The translations under genes and the position numbers were made by a program. Under the pieces are notes generated by a model that was not told the DNA's origin, did no database searches, and saw only the letters and a program-made list of their open reading frames with translations. 63,985 nucleotides of DNA from Gnetum montanum (taxonomy: Eukaryota > Plantae > Gnetophyta), in contig MNCI01000472.1 of assembly GCA_015680685.1 (NCBI GenBank), positions 677,863-741,847 of the forward strand. The letters are read 5' to 3'. Of this stretch, positions 39,701-48,599 are shown piece by piece. Every line of letters begins with the position of its first letter. Position 1 is the stretch's first letter.

Positions 39701-42700
39701 CTTAGAGAAATCTGCAGACAATCAGATTTAAAGAACAAAAAATTACTACAAATGTTTTGTTTTTAGCTTATAGTTTTTACAACACGTTGCTATCAAGAAT
39801 AAAGTCTCACTACACAATACATTCTTCATTAGAACTTGTATGTCTGCCACTATCATCTGTGAGGATTTCATCACGATTCAATGGTGTTTCAGCTATTTTG
39901 GGATACAAAACTTCTATAATATACCGCCGTAGTTGAATTGTACTATCAGCTCTGATATCCTCATTACAATCTTTCTTTTCCAAAATATTTCCATCTTCAC
40001 TTGAAAGAATTACCTATACCAGGTACAGAAACAGTTAAGCCAATTAGTTTTATAGTAAAACCATGAAAAACTGAAATAAAAAACTTTGTAAAATTTGGTA
40101 ATGCAATGATGAAAACGAAATACATAATATGTCACCTATTCAAAAATCCACAAGTTGTTGAATTTAGGATAAAAAAATTTAAACAAAAATGTATGACTTG
40201 GCCTAATTCTGTAGATTTAAAATTCATCATATACACTCAAATCATAAATCACCCAGAGAAAAGAATGCTAACTTTGCCACCGAAAAAAATTCAACATTGT
40301 GGGAATCCACTCAACAAAAGGTGTTTTCAGAGGGATGAAATTTTCTAAATGATTATGTTTTTCAAAAATCCAAACAATTCTATTGTCTGCATTCTACTTC
40401 AACACTTTCTAGTGCTCCACATTTGCACATGTGACCTTAGTACTCTATTAGGTACTTAGACTTTAACTAGCTTATGAATATTTTTCTATATGTGTCTAAT
40501 ACTTTTAAGTAATATAAATATTTTTGTTTGGATGACATAAGTAAGCTTACAATTTATTTCTAACTTTTTCAATTATTTATTATTTCAAGTTTTATATATA
40601 TATTTGTTGACGAATGAGCATGACAAAGTCTAACATTATTTTAGAGCAATAATAGGATTTAATGCAATTCGGTCCATGATTTATTTTGACATTTAGTTAG
40701 AATTTTTAATTTATTTTATATTTAATTAATTAAAATACATCAAAAATCTAAATTTGTTGGATCAAGCTCAAATTTGGGGGACTAACTCAATTCTATACCT
40801 AGAGTAGATATCTCCAAGTAGTTTTTCAATTTTAGTCCTAGATTCTAAGATTTTGGTTTGGTTTGGTTTGGTTAAAATATCTTGTGGACCTATAGTTTCT
40901 TTGGTTTGGTTAAAATATAATGCACAACTATATGATCGAACATTGATGTGGGAATGTAATGCACATTGCATGGGCAAAGTTGTTAGAAACTATACATTTT
41001 GATTCCCGGCCATTGTTAAAAGCCTATTATAGATTGAATGATTTGATTTGGCAAAAACATTGTGGAGTATTAGGAATAAATCCAACCACATCCATTGATG
41101 TTTCTTAAAAATCAAAACTTGGAAACAAGTGAGTCACATAATTGTTTGATGTTTTCTAGCTTCCTAAGTAATGGGAAGTGTTAGCTATGGCCTTGCCAAA
41201 GGTATCAGAGAAAACTACCCGTTTTATGGATTTAAACAAGATACAATTTAATACTCTTTGTTTTAGGTGATCAGCCAGGTGTTTGAAAATAACAAATAGT
41301 TATGAGCCCAAAATCATTGGTTGTATTCATTGATAGATATCAAAATACTAATAAGCAAATGATGTATCAATTCTTAGGTTTATGAAAAGTAGCATGGTCT
41401 CTCATCAACAACCTAAGCTACGAAGGGAATGAGGTATGTAGGCCTTGTAGTCAACCCATCATTATATGTGTCACAGCCTTATGAGTTGCTAGTGTAAGTA
41501 TAGCCTCATGTAAATTAAAAAAAATTGCACTAAATTTTAAAGGGTGATTACTAGGGGTCCTACACACTTCAGCATCACTGTCAGAAAAATATAGGCAAGT
41601 CATAAATTCACTTCAACCTCAAGACTACAAGATATGTCACAAATTGGGTGCTCAATCTTAGGTATCGTTTCCATTTCTGGCCTTCAAAATCAGGGTTCAA
41701 GTGGCTAATGACAGGTCTAGATATTTAATTCCTTCTCCAAACACAAGCAGGGTGATACTCACTCAACATTATTATAGTGAAAATTTAGATAGAGGTTAGT
41801 TATTAGGGGTCCTACAATATGCTACCCTCCCATTGCCAAGCACGGCACCCACATCATTGTATCACACTTCTGCAACTACCATGTTCAAACACATCCTTCC
41901 CGCTTATGTTGGCAATCTTCACAATCATGAGCAAGCACAGCACGTCTTCATGGTATCTCCATATCCTCAAGCAAAACATGGTTTGCATTAATACCACTTA
42001 TAGCATCCCATTCCCAACTGTCATGGAAAGACTAAACTTTGATAATAAAGGACAAAACACAAGAAACTTTATAAATGAAGAATTGATAACAATAAATTTT
42101 TTTTATCAGGTTTCTTAAGGATGTCTTCATTTAGCATCTAGCCCTTAGAGACAATTCAGCATTACCACCAGAGTTGAGTCAATTAACCTCAAGATAAAGA
42201 ATGGCACAATTCATCTCTATTTAACTTCACCAACTATGTCACTCGCCTCCTTTAACTCCACCATCTCAGTGTTAACAATATGACTAGTAAAAGTAACCAA
42301 GCTAGTCCTAAACTTGGAGAGCTTGTTGAATATTCTAATAGATTGATAAGCCCGTTGGCATCAACCACTTTCATTAAAAGCCAATCTTTTAAAATATTAT
42401 AGTGAAAGCTGACAACAGATTGGAAAATGAATAATAAAAAAAGACTTAGCTTTTCCCTCATTCTGGAAAGAACTAAATTTTGCAATGAAGAGAAACCAAG
42501 GAACTATCAAATTCTTTCAGTCCATGCATTCATAAAAATTCATCTTCCTACATTATTGAACTGCACATATTCAAATAATAAAAACCTGGTTCTGCTTTTC
42601 TTTTAAAACAAGTTTAAGGATTCCATCATGATATTTCTTCAACTTTTTATTTTTCTGAGTTGTATAGAGGACATGCCACTCTGAAATACATCAAACCCAT

Positions 42701-45700
42701 GAGGTAAAAAATTGTTAGAATAGTGCATAACGTTTCAAAAATTACAGTTAATAAAAGCAAGTTAACTGAAATCCAATAAAAATTAAATTTTGTGAAGATA
42801 ATACTTTAGGGATAAACGTGGGACCTTTAGTGCCCGAATTTTTAGCATTGACTTTGATGTCAAGAGGTGCAAGGTTGCCTTTCCCTCTCTCTTCAAGCTT
42901 TGTACCTGTACAAGCGACAATGATTAAAATTTGAAACATAAAAATAACACAGATAATGAAGGACAAAAAAAAAATATGTACAAGAGTATCTTGCACAATC
43001 CCCCTAGAATCTGCAAATGCGTAACATACACCAAATTACCACCTTGACCAAATCCTTTACATTTAGCATATTGCCTGAAGGATAACTCCTTATATGATGA
43101 TGCTGTCCTTCCATCACCATTGCTACTTCCCATACAGTTATTCTCAGTTTTGATAGGATCCCCGATATCAACAAAGGCACTGTCAAACTCCAAGACTTCT
43201 CCACATTTTACTGTCTCATGTTTTCCGAGGAACCTGCTATCTAAGAGCTGTCTGGAGTCATCATAAAGCAAAACCTGTGAAGCAAATCATGAAAAATACA
43301 ATATCAAAGATTAAATATTACTCAGTTGATGTCATTTCTTGAACCCTAATCCTGCTATCTAAGAGCTGTCTGGAGTTATCCTTAAAATAACTGCAAAACA
43401 AATTAGGAAAAACAGAACATCAAAAATTAAATTTGACTCAGTTTGTCATTTTTTTGATCCCTAATTTCGCAAATATTAAGCATATAGAAAACTATATTTT
43501 AAGTGAATTTTTTAAAAGGAAAAAATATGTTTGGAAAAGCATTATTTATAGAATAAACAAAATGATAGTTTTCATGACAAGTAACCAAAAAGAAAAAAGC
43601 AAAATGAAGACAAAAGGACAAATTTGCATCAATATACTCTGGGAAAAGCTTATAAAAACCCCAGAGAAAAAGCTCATTGTTAGAGATAGTGTGATATCGC
43701 AAAGTGAGAAGTCCAAGGTTCAAGTCTCATTTTGTTTAGTTTGCCTTGTGACTTAGGGACAACGCCATGTAATTTTATTTTCACCGTTTTATTGAAGTCA
43801 CAAATAGGACAAAACTAGTTTAGCTAATATATTTATTATATATATCTATTATTTGACCAAGATAATGTTTTCTCTTTTCAAATTAATTAAATCCTAGAAT
43901 TGATTCACTGGTTATTAATTTTCATGTTGGAAAAAAAAAACAAAACTGCTGTTAAACAATTCTTGCCATGGTAATTGTTGAGCCTTAAATTTTGTGTTGA
44001 TAATTGATGTAGCCGTTACATACCCATAATAATTCCTGTAAAAAAGTTCATCTGTTGGCCTAGCTTGATGACAATCATTATGTGTTTTTTGTGACAAAGT
44101 TCAATTGCTGAGCCTTAAATTTTGTGTTGGCAATTAATAGAGCTAATACATACCCATAATAATTCCTGTGAAAAAGTTAATTTCTTGGCTCAACGTTATG
44201 TCAAGATTATTTATTTTCTATGACAAAGTCCAACCAATTGGTTATTGACCTCTAGGCCAAAATCTCAGCCAAAAATAATAATTCCCATGCAAATGCTTAT
44301 CTCTTGGCCCAATGTTATTATGATAATTATTTATTTTCCACAAAAAAGTCCAGCCAACAACCCCTCAAGTCTTTTCAAATTTCATAACTTAACAAATAAT
44401 GGGAAACTCCTTTCCCATCATGGGTAATGTTGGATCCTTCTTTCCCTATAAATACATGGGCCATTCATCATGTAAACAATAATTCGGCAATTGAATCATT
44501 CACCAATCCAAATTTCTCTTCATTATTCAACAATCTCAACAGTTTCATTCATCATTCAACAGCTCATCAATATCAGCAATTATCAACATCATCAACATTT
44601 CTTTTCATCATCTCACCAATTTATCAATCAATTACTATTCATCACTGAGTCCTTATTTCACCAATTAATCTTCATTCAATATAGAAGATGCAAACATTTA
44701 ACCATTTCAAATTCAAATCAATTTGACCAAGAATCAAGGTGTTGTAATCATTCAAATTCATTCAAGGAAGCCAAACATGTAGTTTTTCAGGGGCTTTTCT
44801 TTTTCTTTTTTTGGAGCCCAATTTGACCAACCAAACAACATTCAATAGATGTCAGATTTTACAAGCAGATAATTTTTCCCAAGAACTTTCAAACAGGCCC
44901 AGGATCAACTCAAAACTCCAAGTAACAAAGAAGTTATGGCCTTCACAAGTTCGCAGAAAAACAGTAAACATCTACATAGACATCTTTCAAAAATTGGTAG
45001 ATGTCTTTCCCAAAAGTTTGTCAAGAAAAAATAGACATATTTCATCTTCATAAGCACCTTTTAAAAATCAGTGGACATCTCTCAACCCAATAGATGTTGA
45101 TCCCAGGGGTTTGCTAAAAAACAGTAGATGTCTTTAGAAATAGTGTACATCTATCTAGAATCAGTAGACGTCTCTAGTAACAATAGAGGTCTACCCCATG
45201 AACAAGGCAAAGTAAAGAAAAAAATCAAGATCATCATCCACTGCCACATCACCAACACTCATGGACCTCCTCAAGTTTTGACATTTGAAAATTTTAATTT
45301 TATTTATATTGCCAAAGGTTTAGTTTATATGGAGTCTATTCTTTTACATGGAATATGTAGTAGAGACAATGATCACAAGCCTAATGTACCCTCAAACCTC
45401 TCAAGAAAGGGATCCCCCTCAATCCCCCCATCAGTTTCCACTCTAGTATGGGTTCCCATGTTTGCAATTATTTATCACAAGCACAATGCCACTAGTCTAT
45501 CTACTTTGGATACCCATACATGCATCTTCGTGCATCTAGATCAAGATCAAGGCAGAAATTGTTCTAAAGGTTAATATCAAATGTTTGAATAGGAGATATG
45601 TACATATGTATATTCAAAAATCTTTCCAATACATGAAAACTCCACATGCATGAGGAGCAGTCCTCCATTTTCCTACATAAACCAACCAAATTCCTTGAGA

Positions 45701-48322
45701 CCCAATAAACGACTGCAATAGATGAAGCTCTTGCCCCTGACACTACCACAATCAATGAGTAATCAAGCCATTAATGAAGACAACGTATCAGACAACAAGT
45801 GCATCATCAAGACATTGGATGAACTAGTTAATACTTTCACTCTCCCAAAACTCTCCTAACAAGATGTTAGAGATGTCCACACACCAATACCTAACAAGTA
45901 AACCGAATGCACCAAGATCCATGGAAGATCCAAATATTATTAAAGTTTTTAAAAATAAACGTATGCAACAAAACTCACCAGACAAAAACCAAGCTTCAAG
46001 TAATAACAGATGTGTTAGACAAATAGAACATTAATGTAACAACACTATCCCTAGACTAGGTTCGCACCACCAAGAATCCATGATACAAGATGGAAACTAA
46101 GTGGGTTACATCTCACAACTAATAAGTTCCTTTCCCATGATAAAGTAGAGCACATCATCATAAACAAGCTAGTACTATCAATCAAACATTGTCATACATG
46201 CGCATACACACTCAAACAAACAATACAATTGCAACCAAGTTAGCATTTAAGTCACTCTAGCATAGCCAACCCAAATACACAAAAGGTTGATGTAGACATA
46301 ACACAATTAATTACGCATACAGCACACAAAACCACAACACCTATTATTCAAAAAACATCTAGAAGTTGTACCAATGCATATAAAGGAAACCACAAGGTAA
46401 AACACCCATAACACCTTGGGAACTACTCCCTAAACTATTCATGATTTGTTACATAGGAGTAGTAGGAAACCACACCATTTCTAACTACCTAGATCATTAT
46501 TTGGGCACTTCTATCTTATCTATGATAGGCTGACCATTAAGGTTGGCAAAGGATTTGATGATAACCCACTATGGCCAATTATCTACCTAATGCCATAGTT
46601 CCTAAACATATAATTTTTACCATGCCTCTAAGAGGTTCATGTGAAATTGTGACTTGTCAACGATAAGCCACACACTCAAACCAAGTGAGCAATGCCTCAC
46701 TAACTCAAACTACCTACATATCCTTACAAAATCAGATCCTTGTATAGTTCTGCCTAGATGGCAAGATTTAGCATGTTGCCCATACCAAGCATCCACGTTC
46801 CTCCACTGCCAAACAAAAAGGAAATAAGCTTGAACCACCAAAAAGGCATACCAAAGGAGAGTAGCCTTTGATCCACCAACAAGGGACACCATGTACATAT
46901 GAGAAACTAAATACTTCCTAGATGCAAATATCCAAGCTATAGCTCCCAATTACAAGGCCTAAATGAACCAATCTATCAGCAACATAGGCAAGCAAAGCTC
47001 TATGCAAGTTGATGCAGCCTAATAACTCTTGCCAAGATGAGTTAACCCTTGTTTATCAAGAAAAAAAAATGGATGCCTTATTCAGGAATTGAGGAATGAC
47101 TAGATGAACTCCCCAATCAATGATAAACATGGAGAAGGATGACTTCCTAGGCAACAAACCAATAGAAAGTACGAAATGGGGCTATAATAAATTGCTACCT
47201 CTCTAGTAAGAACTTTTGGAGAACAAGGTATCCTACCTAAGAATGATCGCCCTAATTTCTCCTCTCAAGTATTCCAACCTACACTATGTTGTATGAAGAC
47301 TATCAATAAACTGTATACAAGTCCTTTTCTTTTGGCATTAAAGTCAGGTCATAAGTAAAAAAAATTTAAATACAAAAAGAAGAAGCCTTGGAGAATATGG
47401 CTTCCAAACCCCAAGAAGTAGTTCAGTTAATTACAAAATGGGCTTATCACAGTACAGAAATAGCACCGGTCTATAATGAAAAATCCCAATCCAACTAACA
47501 AACGACACATTTCACATATGATAACATGCATTAAAACAACACAGAAACAAAAGGACCGCAAAACACCAAGCTTTGACATCCATCCAACATGGAAGGGTAA
47601 GGAAAGCATGATAAACATTTAAGATACTTTCTATCATGTAGGCTCGCAACAAGCCTTTTGTTTTCCTTACACTTGAGGAATTCATATATTGTTCTTAAGG
47701 CATTTATCCCATCAATAATGCATTTAGAATATAATGGAAATGTATATATTAAAAACAAAGTTCTCACAAACAAAGAAACAACTAAGTTCTGTAGCAGATA
47801 AGTCACCTTACATGAAAATTCAAAAAAAAAAAGGAAAAAAAAAACTTAGAATGCTATGGAAAATAAATGTTGGTAAAAGATGCTCAGACAGCAATCCATG
47901 ACTATGTAAACAATGGAAATACTTTTTCTGACGAGAAATTCCCTAGTATCATGGGTCGCTGAACAGCAATTTCACAGTGCATGTGACCAGCGACCGTTGA
48001 GCTACCAGCTTTTGCTTGACCATGGAACTACCTTTTAGGAGACATTTTTTGTAGTCTATGGTTAAAATTTTATTTTTACAATTTAGACAAGAAGATACTA
48101 TTTATTAAAACACATGAAGGACAATACCGCACACTTGAAAACAATACTTGTAATGTTAAAATAAAAGTGGGCTTCCTTGTATAAAGGTAAAAACTGTAAT
48201 GTACCAACCTTTTTTTGATTTGAATTACAATTCTGAACTCCAAGAATTCCATCATGGTAAGTTTTTCTCTTTTGTGTCTTGTGCCTCGTATATGCTACCA
48301 CCCATTCAGAATTTTCAGCCAT
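676..48322 (-). CDS. ZGRF1: ZGRF1-like protein (2x DUF2439 + GRF zinc finger; helicase part expected beyond left edge), 14 coding exons, 3'-partial
   Basis: Exons 48322-48209, 43274-43040, 42905-42825, 42680-42586, 40013-39821, 39711-39550, 28916-28788, 28680-28409, 15424-15314, 15233-15143, 15009-14913, 14832-14704, 887-837, 739-676. All have GT-AG borders with matching phases (1824 nt, 608 codons, no stops). Motifs: EWVVAYTRHKTQKRKTYHDGIL and EWHVLYTTQKNKKLKKYHDGIL (DUF2439), CKHGLAKLQLVKKDGLNKGRLFYGC..C.FVWAD (zf-GRF), KGDLWIVSS. Confidence 0.88.
837..887 (-). CDS. ZGRF1: ZGRF1-like exon 13 (KGDLWIVSSNLRFRSEE)
   Basis: cag| acceptor, |gtaaaa donor; DLWIVS motif typical of ZGRF1. Confidence 0.85.
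1540..1618 (+). mobile_element. RTE-clade LINE RT remnant
   Basis: Translates to ..YLFAIVMDELTNEMHNEIP*CML, resembling the plant RTE RT motif SPYLFALVMDELT..IQ.EVPWCMLFADD. Confidence 0.55.
1690..2985. repeat. Degenerate tandem array (~76-bp unit, ~152-bp dimer), probably the non-coding region of an LTR retrotransposon
   Basis: GTTCTACCAC-type motif at 2681, 2758, 2833, ~2910. Motifs ttggttctaca/gtagaacc/acatcagct recur back to ~1690. Exact 21-bp duplication at 2943-2985. Confidence 0.65.
2999..4292 (+). mobile_element. L1-clade LINE: 5' repeats + ORF1 (DUF4283 + zinc knuckle) and family 3' tail, body hidden in N-gap
   Basis: 3105-3884 encodes GPWFYGAQGLALTPW..PVWVRVASIPWEFW..FARFCV* then CGCCGKPGHLEAEC. 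After the gap (3949-4142) comes the family 3'UTR ending ctttctcaaaaaaaa. Confidence 0.85.
4600..7008 (+). pseudogene. Degenerate TE accessory ORF (aminotransferase-like/plant-mobile-domain-like segment + coiled coil), probably LTR-retrotransposon derived
   Basis: Stop-interrupted, intronless coding frames 5196-5762, 5874-6164, 6597-7008. Segment VYPHLIKLILGVFPPRV..YTQILIAGFEGKAFK*PRFVAP*LATLEV followed by an E/K-rich coiled coil. Lies antisense within a host intron. Confidence 0.4.
7009..10238 (+). mobile_element. Old J-domain LINE with large internal deletion (ORF1 N-half joined to post-RT ORF2)
   Basis: DUF4283 remnant 7340-7747 joins HLVN*DTIAQP*EVGGLG, zf-RVT and the accessory domain. 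J-domain at 9626-9904 (CPYKVMDI..RLHPN..AKEFQQVATFVD). Tail ttctcaaaa; possible 7-bp TSD ataaatt at 7002/10239. Confidence 0.8.
10380..12359 (+). mobile_element. Possible Tekay/Del-type solo-LTR remnant
   Basis: Non-coding, TG-rich composition, ends ..aggcgcaaca like chromovirus LTR termini. Left border uncertain. Confidence 0.3.
12587..12645 (+). mobile_element. Extremely 5'-truncated LINE tail with ~24-bp TSD, inside an RTE remnant
   Basis: ttttctcaaaaaaaa tail. Flanks aatctcggatcaacataaatgatg (12563-12586) and aatcttggattaacaaaaatgatg (12644-12667). Confidence 0.6.
12860..14228 (-). mobile_element. 5'-truncated LINE relative with accessory domain and short coiled coil but no recognisable J-domain
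   Basis: LWALVEWMGWVEML..GEPNLPTQQFYDN..LVERYFVQSG..HFTFLKHL. PolyA at ~12860; TSD-like aaccttct at 12852/14229. Confidence 0.75.
14704..14832 (-). CDS. ZGRF1: ZGRF1-like exon 12 (includes KKRRR NLS-like motif)
   Basis: tag| acceptor, |gttgag donor, phase 2->2. Confidence 0.8.
14913..15009 (-). CDS. ZGRF1: ZGRF1-like exon 11
   Basis: tag| acceptor, |gtattt donor, phase 1->2. Confidence 0.8.
15143..15233 (-). CDS. ZGRF1: ZGRF1-like exon 10 (GRF zinc finger C-half)
   Basis: DGLNKGRLFYGCSSQVKACLFVWAD; cag| acceptor, |gtatgg donor. Confidence 0.9.
15314..15424 (-). CDS. ZGRF1: ZGRF1-like exon 9 (GRF zinc finger N-half)
   Basis: LYNIADEYH..PSCKHGLAKLQLVKK; tag| acceptor, |gtagga donor. Confidence 0.9.
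16801..16971 (-). mobile_element. tRNA-derived SINE-like element with 19-bp TSD; a diverged sister copy lies at ~16610-16770
   Basis: taataaatgaaattaccaa at 16782-16800 and 16972-16990; degenerate A/B-box-like motifs on the minus strand. Confidence 0.6.
17337..19822 (-). mobile_element. 5'-truncated J-domain LINE (young, GC-rich)
   Basis: One frame ~19465->17626 runs zf-RVT, accessory domain, Pro-rich linker, coiled coil, CPYLILGI..RYHPD..; family 3'UTR and polyA. Confidence 0.92.
19981..21350 (-). mobile_element. Degraded, internally deleted L1-like LINE
   Basis: PolyA tail at 19981-20000; endonuclease-end remnant DHRALLCS..FRFECTWL.K.WL at ~20860-20950. Confidence 0.6.
21767..21841. repeat. 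39-bp tandem duplication
   Basis: ttacatttattgtgcaccttggatgcatagtgaatt at 21767 and 21806. Confidence 0.9.
22389..26939 (-). mobile_element. J-domain LINE with twin-priming 5' inversion and 15-bp TSD
   Basis: Minus segment 22389-25555 (RT C-half to J-domain). Plus segment 25556-26939 (endonuclease GDFN/SDH to RT ..LCLKL). ctatgaacaatcatt at 22374-22388 and 26940-26954. Confidence 0.92.
27013..28140 (+). mobile_element. J-domain LINE 3' fragment (older subfamily)
   Basis: Coiled coil, then PYVILNI..KKLHP..AFKNFQ*AMAFVDSKQHRAILD. Tail ttctccaaaaaaaa; 54-bp tandem duplication ~27202-27320. Confidence 0.8.
28409..28680 (-). CDS. ZGRF1: ZGRF1-like exon 8
   Basis: ..LSFP..LRTVLIPNKFSSFSSYRNIMISAIYEEINLI; cag| acceptor, |gtacgt donor. 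Confidence 0.85.
28788..28916 (-). CDS. ZGRF1: ZGRF1-like exon 7
   Basis: VNQILTNLRRP..; cag| acceptor, |gtaagt donor, phase 1->1. Confidence 0.8.
29890..30424 (+). mobile_element. RTE-clade LINE 3' fragment
   Basis: ECWVVQKRHEQEVNMAE..MLR, RWLGHVQRK, HEDMKKLQINKDLALHRHEWQKRTHRANP, (GAT)n tail. Confidence 0.8.
30960..31560 (+). mobile_element. J-domain LINE 3' fragment (divergent)
   Basis: E/Q coiled coil, then KCPSVVMGINRNTSWSGLHKHIKIQSSGLHPNKAK..QEDKYKEI*EDAAFV. Confidence 0.75.
31992..32400 (+). repeat. Dispersed repeat (LTR 5'-end-like, tgtagtgcccc..), second copy at ~40409-40860
   Basis: Co-linear similarity, e.g. ccacatttg.acatgt.acc.tagtac.ctatt and aaagtctaacattattttaga in both copies. 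Confidence 0.65.
32446..37410 (+). mobile_element. Old near-complete ORF2 of the J-domain LINE (EN-RT-zfRVT-accessory-coiled coil-J), many stops
   Basis: MKILSWNCKG..CLQETK; KLDITKAY; DPLSPY; HYVDD. J-domain CPYIIM..RLHPD..EEEYKKFQEAMAFISSKQQ*AILD at ~36940-37140. Tail ttctcacaaaaaaa. Confidence 0.9.
32870..33730 (+). mobile_element. Young J-domain LINE 3' fragment nested in the older copy
   Basis: Coiled coil + CPYLILGI..RFHLD.., family 3'UTR, polyA; TSD actaggca at 32862/33730. Confidence 0.88.
37411..38200 (-). mobile_element. Degraded L1-like LINE RT fragment
   Basis: MKLDISKAY and GDPFSPYLFIISMDLMNNYC on the minus strand. Confidence 0.7.
39550..39711 (-). CDS. ZGRF1: ZGRF1-like exon 6
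   Basis: cag| acceptor, |gtgtgt donor, phase 1->1. Confidence 0.8.
39821..40013 (-). CDS. ZGRF1: ZGRF1-like exon 5 (second DUF2439 C-half)
   Basis: VILSSEDGNILEKK..IQLRRYIIEV; tag| acceptor, |gtattg donor. Confidence 0.82.
42586..42680 (-). CDS. ZGRF1: ZGRF1-like exon 4 (second DUF2439 N-half)
   Basis: EWHVLYTTQKNKKLKKYHDGILKL; cag| acceptor, |gttttt donor. Confidence 0.9.
42825..42905 (-). CDS. ZGRF1: ZGRF1-like exon 3
   Basis: cag| acceptor, |gtccca donor, phase 1->1. Confidence 0.7.
43040..43274 (-). CDS. ZGRF1: ZGRF1-like exon 2 (first DUF2439 C-half)
   Basis: VLLYDDSRQLLDSRFL..VKCGEVLEFDSAFVDIGD; cag| acceptor, |gtaatt donor. Confidence 0.9.
43233..43466. repeat. ~118-bp tandem duplication spanning the exon 2 acceptor
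   Basis: cctgctatctaagagctgtctggagt at 43233 and 43351, both followed by similar intron sequence. Confidence 0.85.
43975..44233. repeat. 130-bp tandem dimer within a probable LTR-derived segment (~43690-45450)
   Basis: agccttaaattttgtgttg at 43981 and 44111; acatacccataataattcctgt in both units. Confidence 0.8.
48209..48322 (-). CDS. ZGRF1: ZGRF1-like first coding exon (first DUF2439 N-half)
   Basis: MAENSEWVVAYTRHKTQKRKTYHDGILGVQNCNSNQKK|gttggt; upstream acceptor at 48366-48367. Confidence 0.9.
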
Positions 48323-48599
48323 GTTTGGTATAGTGAAAATTTTCAATTGTGTTATTGTATTGTGACTAACAACAAAGAAAAACATCAGATAAAAATTTTA
48401 GTTATCACTTCCAAAAATATAAGAGACAGTATTGTAGGTGCTAAACCTAAACATATAACAAAATCCAGATCATATCTTAAGAGAAATAAAGGTATAAAAA
48501 CATGAACTGTAAATTTTCAGGATGCAATGAAAACAATTGGCATTTATGTTTATGCGCTAGAACAATAAATTAGGTAATAGCACTACCACAATTACATAA

